Positions 26,108 to 35,327 of a stretch of DNA of 56,262 nucleotides are shown in pieces; within the stretch, counting starts at the first letter, position 1, and every line of letters begins with the position of its first letter. Under the pieces are notes generated by a model. That model was not told the origin of the DNA and did not search any database. It was given only the letters and a program-made list of their open reading frames with translations. The stretch comes from Desulfobacterales bacterium (GTDB taxonomy: Bacteria; Desulfobacterota; Desulfobacteria; Desulfobacterales; JAHEIW01): contig JASFEV010000001.1 of the NCBI GenBank assembly GCA_050124655.1, forward strand, positions 1 to 56,262, written 5' to 3'. The translations under genes were made by a program, and so were the position numbers.

Positions 26108-29038
26108 TTATCTTTGCACCTCTGGCGGAATGTCATCCAGATTGACCCTTTTGCTGTGATTCTGCGCTAAACGGCTGTCCAGGTTATTTAGAAAAAGATT
26201 TTGCCGGGCCCGGCTGCTTTCCAGAAAGGGCCGTATCTGAAAGAGCATCAATCGATTCTGATAAAAACCGAACTCAATATCGGCCGGCACCGGCTGGCCC
26301 TGGGCATCTTGTAACTTTGGAAACCGCTTGGGTACCGAGCGGGCAAATTCCATTAAATGGCCGATTTCGGCCTGACTGAGGAGCGCCGGTGTTCCGCTGG
26401 CCGAGATCTTCGATACGCCCCCCTCGTTTAACAGCACGCGCTTATAGGGATCGGTAGCATGGGCCAGCAAACGGATACCGCCGTTTTGCATGTTGATTTT
26501 GAGCTCTTCGGCAGTTTGGCCCGAAACCGCTCCGCCAACGCCCTCATTGATCGCAATGGTCAGCCAGCCGGGCTGCCCGTTTTCAATGTCGGCGGTCACC
26601 AGAACACCGGATTTTTCCACCGCCACGCTTTTCATCAGCAGTACCGAGGCGTAAACATGCTCCGGATTGTCCATATAAGCCTGGCGCCAACGAAAAGCGC
26701 GCTCGGCAAACGGAGAGGCCCATACCCGCTGAACGGCGGCCAGGATGTTATCAAAACCCACCACATGGGGCACGGTCAAATTCAGACCCGCGCCGGTAAA
26801 CCCCGGCAGGTCTTCAACATTGGTGTCGCTGCGCACAAATACGCCATAGGATCCATCCGGGCCGAAGGTGTCCTGCATGGCCGTCCGCAGCTGGTTGCGA
26901 AAGTCCTCGCCCGGATCCAGGTTAACCATCCAGTGGCGAATGGTTTCTAAGAATTTTTGTGTCACCTGCGCCTGTCTTTGGGGATCGTCCTTGAGGCTCT
27001 GCATGATTTTATATTGATCCTGCATCCAGCGAAAGGCGGAAATGCCGCCGGGCTCGATGGGTTGCTCGAGCAATTGCCGGTACATCCCAAAGGGAATCAC
27101 CAGGCCATCGGCCACCGCCTCGGGAAAGTAGTGCTTGAGTTCACCCAGGTTGGCGGCTTTAGGACCGCAAATCCGACCCGAATCGGTGCTGCGCAGCGTA
27201 TCCAGGGAGCGCAGGCTGCGGGTATCCAGATCCAGTTTCTTCAGATCCGGCCGAATCAATAAATCTTTGGGGCCCTTGTCCACATCAAAGGTCGCATCCC
27301 ATTGGGGGCCGTCAAGAGCCAATTGCACAATCCCGCGCGGGCTGACGGCCAGGACCACCGGCTGGTCGGCCATGGATTGGATCAAAGGCAGCCATTTGGG
27401 ATCGATGGCCACATTGGGAATCCCCAGATTGCGGGCCAGCAACTGAACATGGGACAAAATATTGCCTTCGCCGGTGGTCAGGATCCCGGCAACCGGGGGC
27501 AGATCTTCGGTGGTGGAGGGCAGCACGTAAATGCCGGTTGAATCAAATTTGGTAAGGGCATTGCCCGCCGGCGATAGTTTAAGCTTACCGCGCGCCAGAC
27601 CCGGATTTAAGCCTCTGAGCCCTGTATCGGCCGGCTGGCCGAAAATAAAATTGCGAATCCCCAGCTGCCGATTGGCATCGGCGATCAGGCTTTCGAGCAC
27701 CGTCGCATAAGACAGCAAGAGGCTGCCGCGCAGGCGGTCGTGAATGTAACGACGGCTGAGCGGCTCGATGGTGGCAAAATGCGCCACGGTTTCACCAAGG
27801 TGATATTGTAGCGTGCGGTCGGCCCATTCAGGCATGCGCGCGGTATATTGCAATTCCGCCTTGTAATCGATGAGTTGCGGATCATTCTGCAGCAGCCGGC
27901 TGAGATTTTGCGTCAGCGCCTGTTGCTGGCGTGCGGAAATCAGCCCGATGCCGTATAGGCCATCGGCATATTTAATCAGCCAGGAAAGCCTTTGACGACG
28001 GGTGGCCTCTGGCAGCTGCGCGATCATGACATCGCCGATGCGAAACAATTCACCTTCCAACAGGATACTGGCATCCAAAACAGCCAGCATCTGTTCGGCC
28101 TTACCGGCTTTGGCCAGATTATCACGCAACATGGCCAACAAAAGGCTGGCCGCTATAAACCGGTCCCTGTCATCGTTTTGGGGGGCAAGCCGACCGGCGC
28201 TTTGCACAAGGGCCTCGGCCAATTGGGGATTTTTGACCGTCCGGGCCAAGGCTTCGATTTCTTTTTGGATATCGCGGGCTTTGAACACCTGCTCGATGAT
28301 ATCCGCTAAATGGGCATAATCCTTGGCCAGCTCCGGCTTTCCCTGCCGCGCGGCGTAATCTTTCACTTTTTGGGCATCCGCCAGCTCCGGATGGACATGC
28401 AATTTAATGCGCAGGGTTTCAAAATCGGTATCGTTTTCAGCAAGAGTGCGCGACAGCTGCCGCATTTCGGTAATCGGCGCGCCCTGGCGGCCATGGGGAA
28501 TAAAGCGCACCGCCTCCCGCAGCACCATAAAGTGATTTTCGCGCCAGTTCGCATCGGAAACCAATGCCAGCAAAAGCTCGCGCCCGGCACGGGTTTCGTC
28601 TTCGGTCTGCAGGGCACCGCGATAATAACGCGCGCGGCGGAAAACCCAGCCGTTATCGGCTTCGATCAGAAATTGCTCCAGGATCATTTGCTTAGCCATT
28701 TCCAGGTGCCGCGGATCCTGCAGAAATTCCGAGGCGCGCACATCGGCAAACACGTTGGCGATAAAATAACCGTTTTCCCGTAAGACTTTGACGCGATCGG
28801 TCCATTCGCCGTGCTGGACGCCGCCGCCGCGCTCGCGACAAGCGAATTCTTTGGGCGGCTGAATGGTGCCGTCGTTGCAAAACCAGCGAATGTGTTTGAA
28901 GGGGCCCCGGGGTGCGGTCTTCATCTTCTGCACCCAGCTGCGCAGGGTGGCGTCATCCGGCGCGGCGGCCGCCGCGCTGCCCGCCAGCAGCGCCACTAGG
29001 CTAAGACACATTATTCCCAGAGCCAGTTGTTTTTGCAT
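26108..29038 (-). CDS. PEP/pyruvate-binding (PPDK_N ATP-grasp) protein with a PEP-utilizer mobile His domain, an N-terminal signal peptide and a large unassigned N-terminal region
   Basis: N-terminus MQKQLALGIMCLSLVALLAGSAAAAAPDD. Mid-protein swivel-domain motif GEGNILSHVQLLARNLGIPNV. The C-terminal third has GPKAANLGELK and VFVRSDTNVEDLPGFTGAGLNLTV, typical of the PpsA/PPDK nucleotide-binding domain. Confidence 0.75.
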   Translation of the reverse strand: MQKQLALGIMCLSLVALLAGSAAAAAPDDATLRSWVQKMKTAPRGPFKHIRWFCNDGTIQPPKEFACRERGGGVQHGEWTDRVKVLRENGYFIANVFADVRASEFLQDPRHLEMAKQMILEQFLIEADNGWVFRRARYYRGALQTEDETRAGRELLLALVSDANWRENHFMVLREAVRFIPHGRQGAPITEMRQLSRTLAENDTDFETLRIKLHVHPELADAQKVKDYAARQGKPELAKDYAHLADIIEQVFKARDIQKEIEALARTVKNPQLAEALVQSAGRLAPQNDDRDRFIAASLLLAMLRDNLAKAGKAEQMLAVLDASILLEGELFRIGDVMIAQLPEATRRQRLSWLIKYADGLYGIGLISARQQQALTQNLSRLLQNDPQLIDYKAELQYTARMPEWADRTLQYHLGETVAHFATIEPLSRRYIHDRLRGSLLLSYATVLESLIADANRQLGIRNFIFGQPADTGLRGLNPGLARGKLKLSPAGNALTKFDSTGIYVLPSTTEDLPPVAGILTTGEGNILSHVQLLARNLGIPNVAIDPKWLPLIQSMADQPVVLAVSPRGIVQLALDGPQWDATFDVDKGPKDLLIRPDLKKLDLDTRSLRSLDTLRSTDSGRICGPKAANLGELKHYFPEAVADGLVIPFGMYRQLLEQPIEPGGISAFRWMQDQYKIMQSLKDDPQRQAQVTQKFLETIRHWMVNLDPGEDFRNQLRTAMQDTFGPDGSYGVFVRSDTNVEDLPGFTGAGLNLTVPHVVGFDNILAAVQRVWASPFAERAFRWRQAYMDNPEHVYASVLLMKSVAVEKSGVLVTADIENGQPGWLTIAINEGVGGAVSGQTAEELKINMQNGGIRLLAHATDPYKRVLLNEGGVSKISASGTPALLSQAEIGHLMEFARSVPKRFPKLQDAQGQPVPADIEFGFYQNRLMLFQIRPFLESSRARQNLFLNNLDSRLAQNHSKRVNLDDIPPEVQR

Positions 29039-29301
29039 CGTCGAAGTTCCCCGCAGAACCCATCATTCAAAAAACAGCCATTTGCTGAAAAAAGACAAAC
29101 TCTAATCTAATACCGAATCGTCTGTCAAGAAAGGGGTGTGCTTTATAAAAATTCTCATACCAGGCTCACAAAACGCAAAAGCGATGACAATCTATTCATG
29201 ATTGCACTTCACACAATTGTATGACAAAATGGACAAACAGGCGACCCGCTAAAACGATCCTTTTTATAACGATTATAACGATCCGTCAAAGGAGAACGCA
29301 G

Positions 29302-30147
29302 ATGGCAAAGAAAAAAATGATTCACGAATTTATGCGGATGAAACAAGAGGGCGAAAAAATTACCTTTCTGACCGCCTATGATTTTCCCACCGCTCAATTT
29401 GCCGAAACCGCCGGTTTGGATATGCTGCTGGTAGGCGACTCTTTGGGAATGTGTGTCTATGGGTATTCCGGAACCGTGCCGGTGGTCATGGACCAGTGCA
29501 TCTATCATTGTGAAGCGGTGCGGCGGGGGGCGCCCAACACCTTTATCGTGGGCGATATGCCGTTTATGTCTTATCAGAGCTCCCTGGAAAAGGCGGTTGA
29601 AAACGCCGGCCGCTTTTTAAAGGAAGCCGGCTGTGATGCTATCAAACTCGAAGGCGGTGTGCGGGTGGTCCCGCAAATCAAAGCCATCGTAGAGGCCGGC
29701 ATCCTGGTCATGGGTCATATCGGTCTCACGCCCCAGAGCTCCGGCCAGCTGGGGGGCCACAAGGCTCAAGGGCGCACACTGGAAACCGCCAGCATCGTTG
29801 TACAGGATGCATTGGCGGTTCAAGAAGCCGGCGCGCAGATGATTTTATTGGAGGCCATCCCGCCGGAGGTGGCCGCTTACATCACTCAAAAACTCAGCAT
29901 TCCGGTGCTTTCCATCGGGGCGGGTCCGGATTGCGACGGCCAGCTGTTGATCGTTTCAGACATGATCGGCCAGTTTCAGGCCTTCACACCCAAGTTTGTC
30001 AAAAAATATTGCAATGTTGCCGATGTGGTCACCAAAGCCATGAAAGAATATGTGGCGGAGGTTAAGGCCGGCAAATTTCCTGAAGACGATCACTGTTATC
30101 ACATGATTTCCGGCGAAAAAGAAAAATTCGACGCAGAATTTAAGTGA
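29302..30147 (+). CDS. panB: 3-methyl-2-oxobutanoate hydroxymethyltransferase
   Basis: KITFLTAYDFPTAQFAETAGLDMLLVGDSLGM, FIVGDMPF.SY, AIKLEGG and GHIGLTPQS. ATG 29302 with RBS aaaggaga. The track ORF's upstream extension was rejected. Confidence 0.95.
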   Translation: MAKKKMIHEFMRMKQEGEKITFLTAYDFPTAQFAETAGLDMLLVGDSLGMCVYGYSGTVPVVMDQCIYHCEAVRRGAPNTFIVGDMPFMSYQSSLEKAVENAGRFLKEAGCDAIKLEGGVRVVPQIKAIVEAGILVMGHIGLTPQSSGQLGGHKAQGRTLETASIVVQDALAVQEAGAQMILLEAIPPEVAAYITQKLSIPVLSIGAGPDCDGQLLIVSDMIGQFQAFTPKFVKKYCNVADVVTKAMKEYVAEVKAGKFPEDDHCYHMISGEKEKFDAEFK

Positions 30148-30162
30148 CCTTCGGTCACTTAA
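30140..30162 (+). terminator. Perfect 9-bp hairpin enclosing the panB stop codon (possible terminator)
   Basis: ttaagtgac-cttcg-gtcacttaa. The downstream tract is only moderately T-rich (atatcatttcttattt). Confidence 0.35.
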
Positions 30163-30320
30163 ATATCATTTCTTATTTGCAGGTGGGAGCGGCATCCTGC
30201 CGCGATTCGGCAGCAGGTCTGGCCTCCGTGCCAGTCAGGCAAAATCAGCCGCAAAGGGCTTCCCCTTCTATCGGGACAAAGGGTACAAATAGTTCATAAT
30301 AGCAAAAACGTATTTATTAA

Positions 30321-30385
30321 CCGCGAAAGCACGAAAGAAAAATAGGAAAAATATTTCGTGCTTCCTAAATCTCGTGTTTTCGTGG
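30321..30385. repeat. GCACGAAAG-type short repeats forming a hairpin in the leader of the 30409 gene
   Basis: ccgcgaaagcacgaaag ... tttcgtgct ... ctcgtgttttcgtgg. agcacgaaa pairs with tttcgtgct. The composition is similar to 48884-48909 and 31955-31975. Confidence 0.5.
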
Positions 30386-30408
30386 TGAAATCTTTTGGAG
30401 GTGACGTC

Positions 30409-31680
30409 ATGTCAGACCTGAGAAATTTACTCAAGATTTCAGATGACCGCCTGGCGGAAATCAACACCCTCTTGACCGATCCGGGCAACGAGATCGTCAA
30501 TGAACTGCTGGCGGCCATTGAGGAATTCGGCGGCCCGCAGGAAATCAACCGCAAGGCCCAGGAAGCCGTCAAACTCGAAAATTTGATGGCCCGGCTGCAA
30601 GACGCCCAATCGCCCTACCTTGATGATTTGAATTGGCTGATAGAGCAACGCGACAACGGGGCTTTTATTTCCATGCCGGACTATTATGAGCGTGTCCTGG
30701 GCGATAAGGCCAAAGGGGCCGACATCGACCATAAAAATGCGGTGACGCTGGAAATCAGCGCCCTGCAGTATTTTCCCTGGCTGATCGCCGAAGCCCGGCG
30801 CAGCATTGAGCAGGGCGAGTTGATGCCCGGGCGCTATATCCGGGTGCGCAATATGGCCGAGCAGGAAGCCGACAACGGGGATGTGATGGCCGTGGCAGCC
30901 GCCATGCAGATTATCGGCGCCACCTATGTTGAAACGCTGGACACCAAGGGCACCGACGGCTCCAACGTCCACCTGGGCGGCCCGGAAACCATCACCGGAT
31001 ATTTCGGCGGTGTGGGGCAACCCAACGAATATCCCATTAAATGGGTCCGCGAGTATCTGAAATTTTATACCACCTACGGCGTACAGCAGGTGCTCAACAT
31101 CAATCCGGGAACCGTCCTGGTGGGATATCTGCTGCACAAGCTGGGGGTTAACAATGAGTTCAAAATTTCGGTGTTCATGGGCAATGACAATCCCTTTTCG
31201 ATTCTGTGGACCCTGACCACCGCCCGTCTTTTTGCGCGCGAGGACGGCACCACTTCTTTAATCGGATTTAATCTGTCCAATTCGGCCAACAACGACACCA
31301 TCCGCAAATCCGCCGCCATCCGCAAGGCCTTAGGCCTCGAAGATATCGTCCGCTTTGAGCATCATATTACCGAAACCTGGAAGTCCATCGTGCGCCAGCC
31401 CTATAACCGTCGGGATGAGCTGGTCGAAATCGCAAAGGAAGTGCCCAACATTGCAGCCAAACATGAAGGCGGCGAAATCGACGTCGAACAGGAACTTGAC
31501 CATCCCTCCGATATTCTGGATTATTTTATGCCCAAAAGCGATGTCGAAGCACAGGGGTTGATGCCGGCTCTCGAACGCAATTACATTGAAAAGCACCGCT
31601 CCACCAATCTAACCGCCGATGCTTTAACCCGGGCCGGCATCGGCGTGGTATACGCCGCCAAACTTCATAAAACCGATTAA
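30409..31680 (+). CDS. Conserved-looking hypothetical protein (423 aa), family not recognised
   Basis: ATG 30409 with RBS ggaggtg 6 nt upstream. Globular, non-repetitive composition with no TM or signal peptide. I could not assign any motif. Confidence 0.7.
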   Translation: MSDLRNLLKISDDRLAEINTLLTDPGNEIVNELLAAIEEFGGPQEINRKAQEAVKLENLMARLQDAQSPYLDDLNWLIEQRDNGAFISMPDYYERVLGDKAKGADIDHKNAVTLEISALQYFPWLIAEARRSIEQGELMPGRYIRVRNMAEQEADNGDVMAVAAAMQIIGATYVETLDTKGTDGSNVHLGGPETITGYFGGVGQPNEYPIKWVREYLKFYTTYGVQQVLNINPGTVLVGYLLHKLGVNNEFKISVFMGNDNPFSILWTLTTARLFAREDGTTSLIGFNLSNSANNDTIRKSAAIRKALGLEDIVRFEHHITETWKSIVRQPYNRRDELVEIAKEVPNIAAKHEGGEIDVEQELDHPSDILDYFMPKSDVEAQGLMPALERNYIEKHRSTNLTADALTRAGIGVVYAAKLHKTD

Positions 31681-31914
31681 ATTGAGCGTTTCAAATTAAA
31701 AACCCTTTGGGCGTCGCTTTTAGCTACACCCCAAAAGGGCGGCAATCCTCCAGAGGCGGATCTTCGACCTCGACAATCACTCAATTTAGTTTAAAGAAGC
31801 TGAATTTTGATTATTTCTCACGTAGGGCGCTAAGCTCGCAAATAACTTTTAAGAAAAAATGGGCTTTCAGCGTCCTTTCAGCTTTGGCGCATCTTCAAAT
31901 GGTCGCGGAATGAG

Positions 31915-32111
31915 TTATCAGTTCCGCTTATAGCGGGATGCACTGTTTGAATGCATTAGGGAGCGTTGCGAAAGAAAAGCCCATAGTCTCATTATGATTT
32001 AGCGGCGCCATGTTGAATTTAAATTTAACCCATTGTTATATTTACGGAACCTTTTCTTTTGTTACGCGCCCTTATGCATGAGTTTGCATCCTGCCCAAGC
32101 GGAACTGATAA
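31915..32111. repeat. Imperfect palindrome of about 197 nt (MITE/ERIC-like)
   Basis: Perfect 15-bp termini ttatcagttccgctt (31915-31929) and aagcggaactgataa (32097-32111). The arms extend imperfectly for about 70 nt each (ggatgca..atgcat..gcgttgcgaaagaaaag versus cttttcttttgttacgcgc..atgcat..tgcatcc). Confidence 0.7.
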
Positions 32112-32169
32112 TTTATGTAGCGACCGAATTTTTAAAACTTCTCAATCCCTCAAATAGTTGAAAACCTAA

Positions 32170-33273
32170 ATGAAAAACGTACCCATACATTTCATTCGCA
32201 AAATCGTCCAGTATGGCTTTCTGGCGATGACCGTTTTGATCGGCGTGCAATTTACGCTTTTTGTCAACCAGCTGGAAGAAGGCATTCTGCCGACCATTAC
32301 CCGGCCCCCGGGAATCGAAGCGTTTTTACCGATCAGCTCATTGATCAGCTTTAAATACTGGCTGGTGACCGGCATCTTTAATCCCATCCACCCTTCCGGT
32401 CTGATCATTTTTTTGGTCATCCTGGCGACCGCTATTTTGCTCAAACGCGGTTTCTGCAGCTGGGTGTGCCCGTTTGGGCTGCTAACCGAGTATTTGAATC
32501 GACTGCATCGCTTCATTTTCAGAAAAGACATCCATCTGCCCCGCTGGCTGGATTATCCGCTGCGCAGCCTCAAATATCTGCTGCTGTTCTTTTTTATCTG
32601 GGCCATCATCATCAAGATGAATGTCCGTGATCTGGATTATTTTATCTACAGCCCCTACAATATGGTGGCCGATATCAAGATGCTGCTCTTTTTTAGAGAT
32701 ATCTCCGCTTTTGCCTTCTGGGTCTTGGTGGCTTTATTCCTTTTATCCATTTTGGTGCGCAATTTCTGGTGCCGTTACCTGTGCCCTTACGGGGCGCTTG
32801 TAGGCGGGCTCAGCTTTATCAGTATCTTTAAAATCCACCGCAATGAAGACACCTGCACCCAGTGCCGCCAGTGCACCCACTCCTGCCCGGTGGACATCAA
32901 GGTCCACAAAACCACCGGCGTGATCTCCGATGAGTGCCATGCCTGCCTGAAGTGCGTGGCGGTCTGCCCGGAGCCGGACACACTGTACCTGTCTGCCGCA
33001 AACAGATCCGGTGTCTTGCAGCCGGCACTTTATGCTGTCATCATTTGTTTGCTGTTTATCGGCGGATCGGTGATCGGCAGATTAACCGGCCACTGGCAGA
33101 CGCAAATTTCAAATGCGGAATATTCCTTTCATGTGGCCCAGCTGGACACCCCTTTTTACCAGCACAACCGCGGCCAGGTGCCGGTTTACAACAAACAGGC
33201 CTGGATGCTGATGATGGAAAGAATCAAAAAGACCCAGAAACCCTGGCGCAAAGGGCAACGGTTAAAGGATTAA
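32170..33273 (+). CDS. Membrane-bound 4Fe-4S binding protein (NapH/MauN/YccM-like polyferredoxin)
   Basis: Several TM helices, paired CxxxCP motifs CSWVCPFG and CRYLCPYG, and two ferredoxin motifs CTQCRQCTHSCP and CHACLKCVAVCP. Confidence 0.8.
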   Translation: MKNVPIHFIRKIVQYGFLAMTVLIGVQFTLFVNQLEEGILPTITRPPGIEAFLPISSLISFKYWLVTGIFNPIHPSGLIIFLVILATAILLKRGFCSWVCPFGLLTEYLNRLHRFIFRKDIHLPRWLDYPLRSLKYLLLFFFIWAIIIKMNVRDLDYFIYSPYNMVADIKMLLFFRDISAFAFWVLVALFLLSILVRNFWCRYLCPYGALVGGLSFISIFKIHRNEDTCTQCRQCTHSCPVDIKVHKTTGVISDECHACLKCVAVCPEPDTLYLSAANRSGVLQPALYAVIICLLFIGGSVIGRLTGHWQTQISNAEYSFHVAQLDTPFYQHNRGQVPVYNKQAWMLMMERIKKTQKPWRKGQRLKD

Positions 33274-33374
33274 GGCTGGGGCATGTGGCCCGTCTTCGCT
33301 CTAACGAGCTTGGCCGTGGTAAACTGAGGGCTGAGAATAGTAACCTTGAAGACGGCAAACCATTATCACTTCGG

Positions 33375-34607
33375 TTAGACAAATAGCGTCTTCGTCTCTC
33401 GCATCAATTGCCCTATCGGCAATTTGCGGGGGCATGATTTTTCGGCCTCGGTGAAGTCCAGTTGAGTCAAAAGCGCTCTTGTCCGAGCCGGTAATTCCTC
33501 GAAGGTGGATCGTGCCAATCCGTGATCCTGGTAGGAATGGAAGTACATGAGGCAGCGCATGACATCGCCGATGGGCACCCTTTCGGGTAGCACTTCTGAG
33601 CAGAGACGCTCGCATCCTGCACAGTAGTCAGCGCTGGTTTCTCTGGCATATTGGGCCAATAGATTATGATCTGACTTTGATAGGCGGTTTTGTTCTAATG
33701 CCGCTGCCGCATTTGTCGCCATAATGGTCAGATTTGGCATCTGTGAACAGATGCTGGCAATACGCTCATCCTGCCATACAGCCATGAGTTTTGCCTGATA
33801 GTCTGAAAATCCTTTCTCAATGAATCGGCCCGCCATTTTGATCTCGGACTCACTATCGCTTTTGACCGGACCACCGCCCTGGGTCTTCATTGCCGTAAGG
33901 CCGATACCGGCTCGATAACAGGCGTCAACAGCATTTTTCATGCGGGGCTCGTGCATCAGGCGATAATTGTAAGTAAACATGATGCCATCCACCCATGGAA
34001 GTTTGGCTGCCCCCTCGAGGCACTCTTCCATGTTGGAATGCGTGCTGAAGCCGAATAACTTGATCTTGCCGGCCTTTTTCATGTTTTGTGCCCAAGATTT
34101 AAGACTGGATTCCATCTCACCAATGCCACGGATTCCATGGACGAAGAATAGGTCCACATAATCTGTGTGCAGTCTTTTCAGACATGCTTCTAGCCGGGGC
34201 GTAAAATCGCCACCTCTTCTTGTGGAAAGTTTGGTTACCAGAAAAACTTGCTTGCGGGTATGGGGGTTGCGGGCGAACCAGCGGCCGATGCCCTCTTCGC
34301 TGCGGCCCCGGCCGTATCCCTCTGCTGTATCCCAGTAGTTGATACCCCAATCGAGTGCCTTTGCAAGCGCCAACCGATTGTTCAGGATGTCGAACATCCC
34401 ACCCAGAGAAAGAGTGGAGACCATTGTACCCGCACGGCCAAAGGGTCTGCGGGGTACAGGCTCCTTGGGAATGGTGATCTGGGCGGAGGTCTGACCGGGC
34501 CGCCAGAGGGAGGCTCCGCCGACTGTGGCCCCCATTCCGATGGCTGCTGTTTTTTTGAAAAAGTCGCGGCGATTCATTTTTCCGTCTCTATTTCTATTAG
34601 ATGACAT
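33375..34607 (-). CDS. Aldo/keto reductase with a twin-arginine (Tat) signal and a Cys-containing C-terminal extension
   Basis: N-terminal NRRDFFKKTAAIGMGA. AKR core GINYWDTAEGYG, DLFFVHG and FGFSTH. The C-terminus has DYCAGCERLC. Confidence 0.85.
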   Translation of the reverse strand: MSSNRNRDGKMNRRDFFKKTAAIGMGATVGGASLWRPGQTSAQITIPKEPVPRRPFGRAGTMVSTLSLGGMFDILNNRLALAKALDWGINYWDTAEGYGRGRSEEGIGRWFARNPHTRKQVFLVTKLSTRRGGDFTPRLEACLKRLHTDYVDLFFVHGIRGIGEMESSLKSWAQNMKKAGKIKLFGFSTHSNMEECLEGAAKLPWVDGIMFTYNYRLMHEPRMKNAVDACYRAGIGLTAMKTQGGGPVKSDSESEIKMAGRFIEKGFSDYQAKLMAVWQDERIASICSQMPNLTIMATNAAAALEQNRLSKSDHNLLAQYARETSADYCAGCERLCSEVLPERVPIGDVMRCLMYFHSYQDHGLARSTFEELPARTRALLTQLDFTEAEKSCPRKLPIGQLMRETKTLFV

Positions 34608-34632
34608 GATTCATCTCTCCTAAGATTTGGGG

Positions 34633-35277
34633 CTAATTAGTTTCGGCAGCCGAACCCAGCCGGCGACCCGTGCTAAGGTCAAAAATCGGCTGGAATTTGT
34701 ATTTATTCAAGATGATGTCTTCCGGGGACTCCAAGCTGATTTTTCCTTTCTCGATAAAAAAACGAATCTCAGCCTTAATTTTGAGGCCTTGGCCAAGCGC
34801 TCGCTCGAGCCTGGTTTGGGTTTTTCCATAAAAACCTTCGGCTTTTCTCCCATGATAGGCGCGCCTGGCAGCAAACCACTCCTCGGCGCTTTCATGGGGC
34901 AGGGTCACAAAAACCCAATAAGCTGTGCGCTCAGGTGAAACCGCCTCAAGAAACAATGAATATTCCGGGGTCGTTCCGTCTGCCGAGGCCTGCTCGAGGC
35001 GTTTGAGTTCCAGATCTTCGATCAACCATGTTGTTTTATGGCCCAGGGCCTGAACGAAATTCTGTACCGTCCCGAAAACATAACCTGGATTCCTTTCCCG
35101 CGCAATGAAATATCCTTCTAAAAACCAGGCGGGAGGAGCATAGGTCAAAAGTCCGTTTTGTTGTCTAAACGACTGGGCAGAATTCCCGGCATTCGTCGGG
35201 GGAGTGGTCATCTGACCGGCTAACATGATTATCGATGCCGCCAGGCACCATCTTATCCAATTTTTCAACATCATCAC
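34633..35277 (-). CDS. Hypothetical exported protein (214 aa)
   Basis: Signal-peptide-like N-terminus (MMMLKNWIRWCLAASIIMLAGQ). Same strand as the RND pump and immediately downstream of it. No recognised motif. Confidence 0.55.
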   Translation of the reverse strand: MMMLKNWIRWCLAASIIMLAGQMTTPPTNAGNSAQSFRQQNGLLTYAPPAWFLEGYFIARERNPGYVFGTVQNFVQALGHKTTWLIEDLELKRLEQASADGTTPEYSLFLEAVSPERTAYWVFVTLPHESAEEWFAARRAYHGRKAEGFYGKTQTRLERALGQGLKIKAEIRFFIEKGKISLESPEDIILNKYKFQPIFDLSTGRRLGSAAETN

Positions 35278-35327
35278 ATCTCCTTCTTCGCCAAAAGGTC
35301 GGTTTTAAACCCGGGTCTGCTATCGCA

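Noticed and set aside
30439-31137. A 232-aa minus-strand ORF.
   Set aside because: It lies entirely within the + strand 423-aa ORF, which has the RBS and a globular composition. The antisense product is a Gly/Ala/Asp/His-rich shadow.
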